Source: an uncultured Chloroflexia bacterium (GTDB taxonomy: Bacteria; Chloroflexota; Dehalococcoidia; SM23-28-2; RBG-16-64-32). From it: a DNA stretch of 64,000 nt. The position numbers were made by a program, and so were the translations under genes. The stretch is from assembly GCA_963738925.1 (NCBI GenBank), contig CAVTYE010000001.1, positions 770,159 to 834,158 on the forward strand, in the 5' to 3' direction. Shown here one piece after another: positions 41,788 through 51,435 of this stretch. Below the pieces are notes generated by a model. The model searched no databases. It saw only the letters and a list, made by a program, of their open reading frames with translations, and had not been told where the DNA came from. Numbering within the stretch: position 1 is the stretch's first letter; every line of letters starts with the position of its first letter.

Positions 41788-43173
41788 GTGAGACGCACCG
41801 CCGCAGTCGTCGCCGCCAAGACCGCCGCCGAGCTCAGCCGCCGCCTGCGCGTGGGTGGCGGCACGGCGCTGCCGGGCCTTGTCGCAGAGCGGCTGGACCC
41901 GGAGTTCGTCGTCGGGCTGGCCGGGCGGCTGGGGCTGGGCAGCGTCATCGTCACCGGCACCAACGGCAAGACGACCACCGCCCAGCTCGTGCGCAACATC
42001 TTCGCCGGGGCCGGGATGCGCCCGGTCGCCAACCGCGCCGGCTCCAACATGATGCGCGGCGTCGCCGCGGCCCTGGCCGAAGCGGCCGACTGGGACGGGC
42101 GCATGCGCTCCCGCAAGAAGCGGATCGGCGTCTTCGAGGTGGACGAGGCGACGATGCCCAAAGTTGCCGCCGCCGTGCGCCCCCGCGCCGTCGCCTTCAC
42201 GAACCTCTTCCGCGACCAGCTCGACCGCTACGGCGAAGTCGAGACCGTGGCCGCGATCTGGCGGGAGGCCGTCGCCTCTTTTCCGGACGACGTCACGCTG
42301 GTCCTCAACGCCGACGACCCGACCGTGGCCTCGCTGAGAGACTGCGCCCGCGGCCCGGTCGTGCTCTTCGGCATCGAGGATGCTTCGCAGGCCACCAGCG
42401 AGATCGACCACGCCGCCGACGCCCGCTGGTGTCCCCGCTGCGGAGTTGAACTGGAGTACACGGCCGTCTTTTACGGACACCTCGGTCACTGGTCCTGTCC
42501 GTCCTGTGGCAACTCCCGGCCCGCGCCGGACATCGCCTGCACGGGCATCGCGCCGGGCGAGGGCGGGCTCGCGCTGACGATCCGCGTCCCGGCCGGCTCG
42601 CTGGATGTCCAGACGAACTTCGCTGGCACTTATAACGTCTACAACGCGCTGGCCGCGGCGGCGCTGGCGGGTGCGGTGGGAGTCGCTCCGGCGGTCATCG
42701 GCGAAGGGATCGCGGCCTCGGCGGCGGTCTTCGGGCGCCAGGAAGTCTTCACCATCGACGGGCGCCGGGTTCAGTTGACGCTGGCCAAGAACCCGGCCGG
42801 CCTCAACCAGGTGCTGCGCCTGCTGCCGGGCGCCGATCTGGACCTGGCCGTGTTCCTGAACGACGACATCGCCGACGGGCGCGACATCTCCTGGATCTGG
42901 GACGCCGACTTCGAGCTGCTGGCCGGGCGCGTGCGCTCGCTCACCGTCTCCGGCCGCCGCGCGTGGGACATGGCGCTGCGCCTGAAGTACGCCGGAATCG
43001 AGGCCAGGCCCAACGTTGAGCCGGACACGGCGCTGGCGCTGCGGGAGGCCGTGCGCAGCGTCCCGGAAGGTGGCGCGCTGTACGTGATCCCCACCTATAC
43101 GGCGATGCTGGAGGTGCGGAACATCCTGGGCAAGTGGGCCGGGCGCGGCCGCTTCTGGGAGGGCCAGCGATGA
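41788..43173 (+). CDS. murT: lipid II isoglutaminyl synthase, ligase subunit MurT
   Basis: Mur-ligase central domain (TGTNGKTTT), a Cys4 zinc ribbon (CPRCG...CPSCG) and a DUF1727 C-terminus. Confidence 0.8.
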   Translation: MRRTAAVVAAKTAAELSRRLRVGGGTALPGLVAERLDPEFVVGLAGRLGLGSVIVTGTNGKTTTAQLVRNIFAGAGMRPVANRAGSNMMRGVAAALAEAADWDGRMRSRKKRIGVFEVDEATMPKVAAAVRPRAVAFTNLFRDQLDRYGEVETVAAIWREAVASFPDDVTLVLNADDPTVASLRDCARGPVVLFGIEDASQATSEIDHAADARWCPRCGVELEYTAVFYGHLGHWSCPSCGNSRPAPDIACTGIAPGEGGLALTIRVPAGSLDVQTNFAGTYNVYNALAAAALAGAVGVAPAVIGEGIAASAAVFGRQEVFTIDGRRVQLTLAKNPAGLNQVLRLLPGADLDLAVFLNDDIADGRDISWIWDADFELLAGRVRSLTVSGRRAWDMALRLKYAGIEARPNVEPDTALALREAVRSVPEGGALYVIPTYTAMLEVRNILGKWAGRGRFWEGQR

Positions 43174-43913
43174 AGCTGCGGCTGGCGCACCTCTACCCGA
43201 AGCTGATGAACATCTACGGCGACCGCGGCAACATCATCTGCCTGCGCCGCCGCTGCGAGGCCCGCGGCATCGAGTTCGAGGTGACGGATCTCGACGCCGG
43301 CGCTCCGTTCGACACGGCCGCCTACGACATGGCTTTCGTCGGCGGCGCGCAGGACCGCGAACAGGCCCGCGTCGCCGCTGACCTGCGCGACCTCAAGGGC
43401 GCGGCGATCAGGGCTGCTGTCGAAAAGGGGCTCGTCGTACTCGCGGTCTGCGGCGGCTACCAGATGGCCGGCCACTTCTACCGCGGCGCAGACGGCCACG
43501 AGCTCCCGGGGATCGGCATACTGGACCTGCACACTGTGCATCCGGGCCCGGTGGCGAAGCGCTTCATCGGCAACGTCGTCGTGGAGTGGAACGACGGGAC
43601 GCTGGTCGGCTTCGAGAACCACGGCGGCCGCACCTACCTGGGCCCGGACGCGAAGCCGCTGGGCAAGGTTGTCACCGGCTTCGGGAACAACGGCGCCGAT
43701 GGCTTCGAGGGCGCGGTTAGCGGGCGCGTCTTCGGCACCTACCTCCACGGCTCGCTCCTGCCGAAGAACCCCGCCTTCGCCGATCACCTGATCTCACTGG
43801 CGCTGGGCGGCGTATCACTCTCGCCGCTGGACGACACGATCGAAGCCATGGCCCACGCCGAAGCGGTGCGGCTGGCCACCCGGCGAAGTATCATGCGCAT
43901 CGGAGGGCGATAA
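43170..43913 (+). CDS. gatD: lipid II isoglutaminyl synthase, glutaminase subunit GatD (CobB/CobQ-type GATase)
   Basis: Catalytic Cys in AVCGGYQM. The start overlaps the murT stop (ATGA). Confidence 0.8.
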   Translation: MKLRLAHLYPKLMNIYGDRGNIICLRRRCEARGIEFEVTDLDAGAPFDTAAYDMAFVGGAQDREQARVAADLRDLKGAAIRAAVEKGLVVLAVCGGYQMAGHFYRGADGHELPGIGILDLHTVHPGPVAKRFIGNVVVEWNDGTLVGFENHGGRTYLGPDAKPLGKVVTGFGNNGADGFEGAVSGRVFGTYLHGSLLPKNPAFADHLISLALGGVSLSPLDDTIEAMAHAEAVRLATRRSIMRIGGR

Positions 43914-43914
43914 C

Positions 43915-44124
43915 GTGGAAACTGCAGCGCTTGAAGCGCCGGACATATCCTGCGACCACTGCATCCAGACGATCCGCTCTGCCGTGGAGAAGGTGCCCGG
44001 CGTGCGGTTCGTCTCCGGCGATCCGGAGTGCAAGATCGTGAAGATTGAGTACGACCCTGCGGTAGCGCACCTGGCCGCGGTTGAGAAGGCGATGGATGAA
44101 GAGGGCTACCCGGTCAAGAAGTAG
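43915..44124 (+). CDS. heavy-metal-associated (CopZ-like) metallochaperone
   Basis: 69 aa with a CxxC motif (SCDHC) in an HMA fold. GTG start 1 nt after the gatD stop. Confidence 0.6.
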   Translation: METAALEAPDISCDHCIQTIRSAVEKVPGVRFVSGDPECKIVKIEYDPAVAHLAAVEKAMDEEGYPVKK

Positions 44125-45100
44125 CGGCCCGGTCCGTGCTGTCGCGGCAATGGCGGTCCTCGCGGCCGCCCTTTTGCTGTTTGGCGCCTGTGGTGGCGGC
44201 TCGCTGGCGCTCTACGCCACGCCGACTCCGCCCAACACGATCGGTGCGGCGGCGGTGACCCCGCAGCCCACGCCGACGGCGACCCCGCTCCCATCGCTCG
44301 TGGAGTTGCTGTATACCGTGCAGTCCGGCGAGACGCTGAGCGGCATCGCCGACCAGTTCGGCGTTTCGCTAGACGATCTGGTCAGCTCCAACGGCCTCGC
44401 GGACGCAGGCGACATTACTGTCGGACAGGTGCTGACGATCCCGGGCGTCCTCGTGACGCCGGTGCCCAGCCGGACGCCGCCGCCGGTCACCACCTCTGCG
44501 GACAGCCCGATCGGCATCCACATGGCGATGCCGGTCGCCGGCGCCTGCCTGACGCCCGACGACGACCAGATGCCCAACGCCGTCCGCGACTACCGCGCCG
44601 GCATCCACGAAGGTGTCGACTTCTTCACCTCCTACGCCTGCGTCGACGTGGCCAAGGACTCGCCGGCGCTGGCCGCCGCCGATGGTGTCGTGATCCGCGC
44701 TGACCACGACTACCGGGCGCTGACCCAGCAGGAGATCGAAGATTTGGAGGCGCAGTCGGCGTCGCAGGGCTTCACATCCGAAGGCACGCTGGACAAGTTC
44801 CGGGGCCGCCAGGTCTGGATCGATCACGGCAACGGCATCGTGACCCGCTACTGCCACCTGGACGGGGTCCCCGCCGCGGTCCAGCCGGGCACGCACGTCG
44901 GCCAGGGCGACGTGATCGGGTTCATCGGCGACACCGGCACGCCGGAATCGGCCAGCAACCCGGACTTCGAGATCCACCTGCACTTCGAGATCAGGGTCGA
45001 CAAGTCCTACCTGGGCGCCGGCCTGGACCCGCTGGCCACCCGCAACCTCTACGAGCAGGTGTTCGGGCTGCCGCTGACCACGGCTGCGCCCGCTCCTTAA
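44081..45100 (+). CDS. LysM domain-containing M23 family metallopeptidase
   Basis: Signal/lipobox-like GACGGG, a LysM (YTVQSGETLSGIA), and M23 motifs HEGVDF and HLHFE. The 5' end overlaps the CopZ-like gene, so the true start may be an internal ATG. Confidence 0.7.
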   Translation: MRRRWMKRATRSRSSGPVRAVAAMAVLAAALLLFGACGGGSLALYATPTPPNTIGAAAVTPQPTPTATPLPSLVELLYTVQSGETLSGIADQFGVSLDDLVSSNGLADAGDITVGQVLTIPGVLVTPVPSRTPPPVTTSADSPIGIHMAMPVAGACLTPDDDQMPNAVRDYRAGIHEGVDFFTSYACVDVAKDSPALAAADGVVIRADHDYRALTQQEIEDLEAQSASQGFTSEGTLDKFRGRQVWIDHGNGIVTRYCHLDGVPAAVQPGTHVGQGDVIGFIGDTGTPESASNPDFEIHLHFEIRVDKSYLGAGLDPLATRNLYEQVFGLPLTTAAPAP

Positions 45101-45133
45101 TCCCCGTAGCGGCCGCTCAGCGTATCCTAAGCA

Positions 45134-45892
45134 GTGCTCATGAGTGAGGACACTAACGCAACGCCATCGCCGCAGCGCGGGGGACGCACCTTCGTGCGGC
45201 GTTTCATCTATCCCGCCGCGGTGATCCTGGCGATCGCCGGCGTCATCTTCCTGATCGAGCGCAGCAACGGCAACGCCACCGACTCCAACGGCCAGACCTA
45301 CGGCCTGCGGGACCTGGACTCGCACCTTGTCCCGGAGGGCGGACACGTGGCCGCTGAAGTTGGCGGCGTCGCGCCGGACTTCGAGCTGGAGCAGGTCTCG
45401 GTTCCGGTCGCCGGCGGCAGCCCCACCGCCAGCTCGACGACGAACGGCGAGGCCTGGCTGAGCGACTTCCGCGGACACCCGGTGGTGCTCAACTTCTGGG
45501 CAACCTGGTGCCGCCCCTGCCGCTCTGAGATGCCGCAGTTCGTCAACGCCTACGACAAGTACCGGGACAAGGGCCTCGTGGTCATCGGCCTAAACCTCCA
45601 GGAGGGGCCGTCGCTGATCCAGCCCTTCGCCCAGGAGTTCGGGATCGACTATCCGATCCTCGTCGACCGTACGGGGCAGGTCGGTGACAAGTACCGGCTG
45701 CTGGGCCTGCCGACGACGGTCTTCATCGACGCCAACGGCGTTATCCAGAGCATCTACAGCGGCCCACTCCAGGACACCCAGAACGACACCGACGTGCAGG
45801 GAGCGATCGACCAGTCGCAGCTTGAAGCCGGCATCGCTCAGATCATGGCGATCGCCACGCCGTCGCCGGGAGCCAGCAGTGGAAGCCCGTAA
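45134..45892 (+). CDS. resA: TlpA/ResA-like thiol-disulfide oxidoreductase (cytochrome c maturation)
   Basis: TM anchor plus a thioredoxin fold with WCRPC. Confidence 0.75.
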   Translation: MLMSEDTNATPSPQRGGRTFVRRFIYPAAVILAIAGVIFLIERSNGNATDSNGQTYGLRDLDSHLVPEGGHVAAEVGGVAPDFELEQVSVPVAGGSPTASSTTNGEAWLSDFRGHPVVLNFWATWCRPCRSEMPQFVNAYDKYRDKGLVVIGLNLQEGPSLIQPFAQEFGIDYPILVDRTGQVGDKYRLLGLPTTVFIDANGVIQSIYSGPLQDTQNDTDVQGAIDQSQLEAGIAQIMAIATPSPGASSGSP

Positions 45893-47642
45893 GACCGTCG
45901 GCGAGCCGGCTGCCTCGCGCTCGGGCTGGACCCGCACGATCAACCTGGTCAACCCGTTCCGCGCCGTCTGGTGGCTCGTCACCAACGTCCGCTTCGCCAT
46001 CGTGCTGCTGGTGGTGATGGCCGGGATCAGCCTGCTGGGCGTCGTCATTCCGCAGATGCCGGTCAACGTGCGCGGCGACGCTACCTCGGAGGCCGATTGG
46101 CTGAGCGTTCAGCACGGCCGGTTCGGCTTCCTGACGCCGTCCATGAACGACGCCGGCATCTTCGATATCTTCCACCAGAAGTGGTTCGGGCTGCTGCTGG
46201 CGATCACCGTGATCTCCGCCGGCGCCTACGTCGTCAGCCGATTTCCCGGCATCTGGACCAGCATCCGCCGCCCCCGCAAGCGCGTGCCGGACCGCTACCT
46301 GGAGATGGCGCCGCACCGGCTCAGCCTGGACGCGACGATGGACGCCGACCGCCTGGAGGCGCTGCTGCGGTCCAAGCGTTACAAGGTCGAGCGCACTGAA
46401 GACGCGGGCGCGACTTACATCTTCGCCGACCGCTTCCAGATCGCGCAGCTCGGCACGCTCCTGACCCACGCGGCGATCATCGTTTTCGTCCTCTCCGCCG
46501 TCGTCCGCCGTGTCGATGCCTACAGCGCGCCGCTCTTTCTGGCCGAAGGCGGCACCCTGCCCGTCTTCGCCGTGAGCAACCCGAACCAGATACAGGTCCA
46601 GCTGACGAACTCCTACGCCAGGTTCGATGACCTTGGCGCACCGCTGGACTACCGCGCCGACCTCTCGATCTACGACCGCGGCGAGCTGGCGCTGACCTGC
46701 TCTTCGACGGTCAACTCGCCCTGCACCTACAAGGGGTTCAAGTTCTACGAAGAGGCCTACTTCGGCTACGGCGCCGGCGTCACGGTCCGCGATACGGCGA
46801 CCGGCAACGTCGTCTACAACGAGACGCTGGCGCTGGCTGCCGAGACGCCGTCCCCGCGCGTGCAGATCAGCGGCAGCGACGGCGGCGTCCTCTTCGACAA
46901 GACGATCGTCATGGCCGATACCGTCGACGCGCCGGACGGATCGACCTACCAGGCCGGGCTCGTCACGCTGGGCGACAACCGCCCGCTCACGTTCTGGCTG
47001 CCGAAGGACGCCGGGGACTCCGACAAGCTGGTCGTCTTCGAGCCGGGTGGCGGCGCCGACTCCGTGCGGGCCACCCTGGCGATCGGCGACTCGGCGGACA
47101 CCGGCGGCCTGCAGGTGAAGTACACAGGACTGGAGCCGGTGCCCTCCCAGGTGATCGACGGCTTCCCGCTGCCCGCCGACCTGGGCGAAGGGGCCACCGG
47201 GCCGGCCCTGCTGGAGCTGAGCAACGTCGTCCTCGGTACGGGGCAGACCTCGTCCGGGACCTACGTCAGCGCCGGCGGCGCGCCCGGAGTGCCGACGCTG
47301 ACCGTCATCGGCCTGCAGGCACAGGCGGTGACGCTGACGCCAGGCCAGAGCGCCACCATCGGCGGGCTGCAGTACACGTTCAACGGCCAGAAGGAGTTCG
47401 CCGGGATAGAGGCGCGGCGCGACCGCAGCGACCTGCTGGTCTGGATCGGCGCGGCCGCGATCGTGCTGGGCCTGGCGATAACGTTCTGGGTGCCCAGACG
47501 CAGGCTTTGGGCTAAGATATCCCCTGCCCGAACGGCCATAGCCGGACAGGCGCCAAGTCACGCCAACTTCTCGCGGGAGCTACGCTCGCTGGCGCGGCAA
47601 GCCGGCGCACCGATACCGAAGGATGCTGACGACGATGATTAA
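45879..47642 (+). CDS. resB: cytochrome c biogenesis protein ResB/Ccs1
   Basis: Typical ResB topology: N-terminal TM, large extracytoplasmic domain, C-terminal TM. GTG start overlaps the resA 3' end. Confidence 0.7.
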   Translation: MEARKTVGEPAASRSGWTRTINLVNPFRAVWWLVTNVRFAIVLLVVMAGISLLGVVIPQMPVNVRGDATSEADWLSVQHGRFGFLTPSMNDAGIFDIFHQKWFGLLLAITVISAGAYVVSRFPGIWTSIRRPRKRVPDRYLEMAPHRLSLDATMDADRLEALLRSKRYKVERTEDAGATYIFADRFQIAQLGTLLTHAAIIVFVLSAVVRRVDAYSAPLFLAEGGTLPVFAVSNPNQIQVQLTNSYARFDDLGAPLDYRADLSIYDRGELALTCSSTVNSPCTYKGFKFYEEAYFGYGAGVTVRDTATGNVVYNETLALAAETPSPRVQISGSDGGVLFDKTIVMADTVDAPDGSTYQAGLVTLGDNRPLTFWLPKDAGDSDKLVVFEPGGGADSVRATLAIGDSADTGGLQVKYTGLEPVPSQVIDGFPLPADLGEGATGPALLELSNVVLGTGQTSSGTYVSAGGAPGVPTLTVIGLQAQAVTLTPGQSATIGGLQYTFNGQKEFAGIEARRDRSDLLVWIGAAAIVLGLAITFWVPRRRLWAKISPARTAIAGQAPSHANFSRELRSLARQAGAPIPKDADDDD

Positions 47643-48540
47643 CGTTCTCCTGTCCATCAAGATCGGCCTCGACCCGACGATCGTGAAGTTCGCCGGGCTG
47701 GACGTCACCTGGCACGGGCTCTTCACCGCCGCCGGGGTGATCGTCGGTGTCGCCGTCGCCGCCTACCTGGCGCGGCGGATGAACTACCCGGAGGACATGA
47801 TCTACAACGTCGCCCTGGCGGCTGTCATCGGCGGCATCATCGGCGCCCGCGGCCTCTACGTGATCGAGCACTGGAGCCTTTTCAAAGACGACCTCGGCCA
47901 GATCTTCGCGATCAACACCGGTGGCATCTCCATCTACGGCGCGCTGCTCGGCGGGACGGTCGGCGCCTGGAGCTTCGCCATGCTCACGAAAGTGCCGAAC
48001 ATCCCCCGCGGCGCTGACATCGCCGGCATCGGCGCCATCATCGGCATGGCGATCGGCCGCATCGGCGACATCATCAACGGGGAGCACTTCGCCAAGACCA
48101 CGGACCTGCCCTGGGGCGTGCTTTACACAAACGTCAACAGCCCTAGCTACGGGCTGGCTGCCCAGCACCCCGCCGTGGCCTACGAGATGTTCGGGGACTT
48201 CGCCATCTTCGCGGCGCTCCTCTACATCTACGTGAAGGTGCCGCGCGCCGGCGTCACCTTCATGTCCTACGCGATCCTCTACGGACTGATGCGCATCGCC
48301 GTCAGCTTCCTGCGGCTGGACACCGAAGTCTTCCTGGGGCTTCGCACGGCCCAGCTGATCGGCATCGTCACGGTGCCGATAGCCCTGGCCGGACTGATCT
48401 ATCTTCTGCGCACCCCGCCCGCTTCCGAACGCGTTCCGGGCAGTCGACGCCAGGTCCTGCCAGAAGACGAGACGCCGCCGCCATCCGCCGATGCTCCTGA
48501 AGATGCACCGGCGCCGACCGAGGAGCCTTCCGCCGGCTAA
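47623..48540 (+). CDS. lgt: prolipoprotein diacylglyceryl transferase
   Basis: Lgt signature GRIGDIINGEH, polytopic. Confidence 0.85.
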   Translation: MLTTMINVLLSIKIGLDPTIVKFAGLDVTWHGLFTAAGVIVGVAVAAYLARRMNYPEDMIYNVALAAVIGGIIGARGLYVIEHWSLFKDDLGQIFAINTGGISIYGALLGGTVGAWSFAMLTKVPNIPRGADIAGIGAIIGMAIGRIGDIINGEHFAKTTDLPWGVLYTNVNSPSYGLAAQHPAVAYEMFGDFAIFAALLYIYVKVPRAGVTFMSYAILYGLMRIAVSFLRLDTEVFLGLRTAQLIGIVTVPIALAGLIYLLRTPPASERVPGSRRQVLPEDETPPPSADAPEDAPAPTEEPSAG

Positions 48541-48582
48541 CGTCCTTCTTCCGGGATGGTTGCCTGGGGCTGTGGGTGAGCG

Positions 48583-48837
48583 ATGAAGGTCACGCTTTAC
48601 ACGAAAGACGACTGCGGACTTTGCCGCGAGGCCGAGGCGATGCTGCGCCGGATCGGTGGTAAAATCCAGTTCGAGCTGGAACTCGTAAACATCGATGTAA
48701 GCGATGTGGACTATCGACGGTACCGCGAGAGGATCCCGGTCATCGCGGTGAACGGCGAGGAGGTGGCGGAGGCGCCGCTGGACGAAAAGCGGCTGGCCTC
48801 GCTCTTGAAAAGACGGGGCGCGAAAAACCTGCACTGA
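48583..48837 (+). CDS. glutaredoxin-like protein
   Basis: 84 aa. CGLC active-site motif in a thioredoxin fold. Confidence 0.6.
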   Translation: MKVTLYTKDDCGLCREAEAMLRRIGGKIQFELELVNIDVSDVDYRRYRERIPVIAVNGEEVAEAPLDEKRLASLLKRRGAKNLH

Positions 48838-48957
48838 TGTAATACAAAGTGCATCGCACTGTTTGTAACAGTGAGGCAACAAAATCCCGTACAATAGCAG
48901 TATGCCATTACGGATATTCCACAACGGGAATCCTAATTCCAGAGGAACACCGACAAA

Positions 48958-49296
48958 GTGACTGTCAGCAGCAGCGGAAACCACATCGCCAATCACTGGT
49001 ATCTCGTCTCGAGCCACGGCTCGGTGCTGTTCTTCATCGCCGTGCACCCGGACTGCACGATCCGCGAGATCGCTGACGAGATGGCCCTGACCCAGCGCAC
49101 AGTCTGGGGCCTGATCGGGGACCTCCGCCGCGCCGATATGCTGGACGTCCGCCGCGAAGGCCGGCGCCACCACTACACGGTGAACCTGGAAGCCACCTTC
49201 AAGCATCCGACGCTGAAGAACCTGCCCCTGCGGATGATCATGGGCGAGCTGGTGCAGAAGCACGGCCGCCGCGACCGCGACACCAGCTACGCCTAG
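48958..49296 (+). CDS. winged-helix transcriptional regulator
   Basis: 112 aa with an HTH segment IREIADEMALTQRTVWGLIGDL. GTG start. An AT-rich palindromic region lies upstream. Confidence 0.5.
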   Translation: MTVSSSGNHIANHWYLVSSHGSVLFFIAVHPDCTIREIADEMALTQRTVWGLIGDLRRADMLDVRREGRRHHYTVNLEATFKHPTLKNLPLRMIMGELVQKHGRRDRDTSYA

Positions 49297-49363
49297 GCCG
49301 CCGCGCCGCCGTCACCTTGACCCCTTTTTCCCTATCTGATAGCATCCTGTTCAACTGAATACG

Positions 49364-49482
49364 GACCCTTATCCAGAGAGGTGGAGGGCGACGGCCCTGT
49401 GAAGCCCGGCAACCGGTCCAGTTTTACGAAATGGGACACGGTGCCAATGCCGTCCCCCGCAGCGCGGGGGGACGATAAGGCA
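49364..49482 (+). ncRNA. SAM-I (S-box) riboswitch
   Basis: P1 CCCTTATC...GATAAGG. Conserved core AGAGAGGTGGAGGGCGACGGCCCTGTGAAGCCCGGCAACC. P3/P4 segments GGTGCCAATGCCGTCCCCCGCAGCGCGGGGGGAC. Confidence 0.8.
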
Positions 49483-49490
49483 AAACGCAT

Positions 49491-49523
49491 CCTCTTCTGG
49501 CAAATTCGGAAGAGGCTTTTTTT
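49491..49523 (+). terminator. riboswitch expression-platform terminator
   Basis: CCTCTTC-N11-GAAGAGG followed by TTTTTTT. Confidence 0.75.
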
Positions 49524-49629
49524 ATGCCACAACTCAACCAGGCAAGAATGGCGATGGCACGGGCCTCCGCTCGCAAGGGCGGGAGGCCCCGCCAGCAGCT
49601 CTGATTTCAACAACCGGAGGTAAGCCATC

Positions 49630-50910
49630 GTGCCTGTCCTTAGTCCAGACGAAAGATCGTTCGCCAAGCACCTCAGATGCAGGGAGTGCGGCCGCACCTA
49701 CGAGCTGACGCCCTCCAACGTCTGCGAGTACTGCTTCGGCCCGCTGGAAGTCTTCTACGACTACGAAGCGCTGAAGGGCCACCTGACGCGGAGGCGCATC
49801 GAAGGCGGCCCGCCGACGATGTGGCGCTACGCCCCGCTATTGCCCGTCGATGCCGCCACGGCAGTCGACATCGGCACCGGCTACACGCCGCTCTTGCGGG
49901 CGCCGAACCTGGGCCGGGCGCTTGGGCTGAGCCGCCTGTACATCAAGAACGACTGCCAGAACCCCACCTGGTCGTTCAAAGACCGCGTCGTTTCCGTGGC
50001 CAGCAGCGTCGCCCGCGCCTTCGAGTTCGATACGCTGGCCTGCGCCTCCACAGGCAATCTGGCCAACAGCGTCGCCGCCCACGCCGCCCGCGCCGGCATG
50101 CGCGCCTGCGTCTTCATCCCCTCTGACCTGGAGCAGGGCAAGATCATCGGCTCAGCGGTCTATAACCCGACGCTGGTCGCCGTCGACGGCAGCTACGACG
50201 ACGTCAACCGCCTCTGCAGCGAACTCGGCGACAAGTACCCCTGGGCCTTCGTCAACATCAACGTCCGCCCCTACTACGCCGAGGGCAGCAAGACCCTGGC
50301 CTACGAGGTCTGCGAGCAACTGGGCTGGCGCGCCCCGGACCACTGCATAGCGCCGATGGCCAGCGGATCGCTCTTCACCAAGATCTACAAGGGGATCAAG
50401 GAGCTGTCCTGGCTGGGCCTGATCGATTGGAACGGGACGCGGATGAGCGGAGCCCAGGCGCTGGGCTGCTCGCCGATCGCCGAGGCCTGGGGCCGCGGCA
50501 GCATGAACATCCGGCCGCAGAAGCCGAAGACGATCGCCAAGTCTCTGGCCATCGGCAACCCGGCCGACGGATACTACGCTCTGAAGATCATGAACGAGAC
50601 GAACGGAGCCGCCGCCGCCGTCACCGACGACGAGGTGATCGAAGGGATCAAGCTCCTGGCCGAGACCGAGGGCATCTTCGCTGAGACAGCGGGCGGCGTC
50701 GTCATCTCCGGGCTGCGGCAGCTGATCCGCGAAGGCAAAGTCGGCGCTGACGAAGTCGTCGTCGCCTTCATCACCGGCGCCGGACTAAAGACGCAGGAGG
50801 CCGTGGCGCCCGCGCTGCAACCGCCGCTGCAGGTCCAGGCCACCATCGAATCGTTCGAGCACGAGCTGGAAGAGCGCGAAGGCGGCCTTCCGCTGGCGAA
50901 GGCGGTGTAG
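49630..50910 (+). CDS. threonine-synthase-like PLP enzyme with N-terminal zinc ribbon (MetM-like homocysteine synthase candidate)
   Basis: CxxC-x13-CxxC ribbon, then a ThrC-fold with PLP lysine WSFKDR. A second thrC paralog in the window. GTG start 9 nt after GGAGG. Confidence 0.7.
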   Translation: MPVLSPDERSFAKHLRCRECGRTYELTPSNVCEYCFGPLEVFYDYEALKGHLTRRRIEGGPPTMWRYAPLLPVDAATAVDIGTGYTPLLRAPNLGRALGLSRLYIKNDCQNPTWSFKDRVVSVASSVARAFEFDTLACASTGNLANSVAAHAARAGMRACVFIPSDLEQGKIIGSAVYNPTLVAVDGSYDDVNRLCSELGDKYPWAFVNINVRPYYAEGSKTLAYEVCEQLGWRAPDHCIAPMASGSLFTKIYKGIKELSWLGLIDWNGTRMSGAQALGCSPIAEAWGRGSMNIRPQKPKTIAKSLAIGNPADGYYALKIMNETNGAAAAVTDDEVIEGIKLLAETEGIFAETAGGVVISGLRQLIREGKVGADEVVVAFITGAGLKTQEAVAPALQPPLQVQATIESFEHELEEREGGLPLAKAV

Positions 50911-50911
50911 C

Positions 50912-51154
50912 ATGGAGAGCCTGCGCGTAAAGTTCACATTCGTCGAAGATCTGATCAAGGAGCCGATCATCTGGAAGCTGGCCAAGGAGTTCGACGTCGT
51001 CACCAACATCCGCCGCGCCGACGTCACCGACGAACGCGGCTGGGTGGTCCTGGAGCTGGACGGTGACCGCGAAGAGATCGAACGCGGTTTGGAGTGGGTG
51101 CGCCAGAACGGCGTCCGCGTCGACCCGGTATACGAAGACATCGTGGAAGGTTAG
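50912..51154 (+). CDS. stand-alone NIL-domain protein
   Basis: 80 aa alignable to the MetN C-terminal NIL domain, including the N-I-x-x-A core (VVTNIRRA), a G-x-hydrophobic-ELDG segment and C-terminal V+V. Confidence 0.5.
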   Translation: MESLRVKFTFVEDLIKEPIIWKLAKEFDVVTNIRRADVTDERGWVVLELDGDREEIERGLEWVRQNGVRVDPVYEDIVEG

Positions 51155-51157
51155 GTC

Positions 51158-51433
51158 ATGGCCATAAACGTACGCATCCCGACGCCGCTGCGGAAGCTGA
51201 CCAGGGAAAAGGACATCGTTCAGGGCAGCGGCGATACCCTCGGCGAAGTGATCGAGACGCTGGAGGCGGAGTTTCCCGGCCTCAAGGACCGCCTCTGTGA
51301 CGAAACTGGCGAGCTGCGCCGCTTCGTCAACGTCTACGTGAACGGCGAAGACGTGCGGTTCCAGGACGGCCTCTCCACGCGCCTCACCGGCAACGACGAG
51401 GTCAGCATCGTCCCGGCCGTCGCCGGGGGCTAG
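51158..51433 (+). CDS. CysO/MoaD/ThiS-family sulfur carrier protein (MetO-like)
   Basis: 91 aa ending VPAVAGG. Core RFVNVYVNGEDVRF is like M. tuberculosis CysO. Confidence 0.75.
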   Translation: MAINVRIPTPLRKLTREKDIVQGSGDTLGEVIETLEAEFPGLKDRLCDETGELRRFVNVYVNGEDVRFQDGLSTRLTGNDEVSIVPAVAGG

Positions 51434-51435
51434 CG

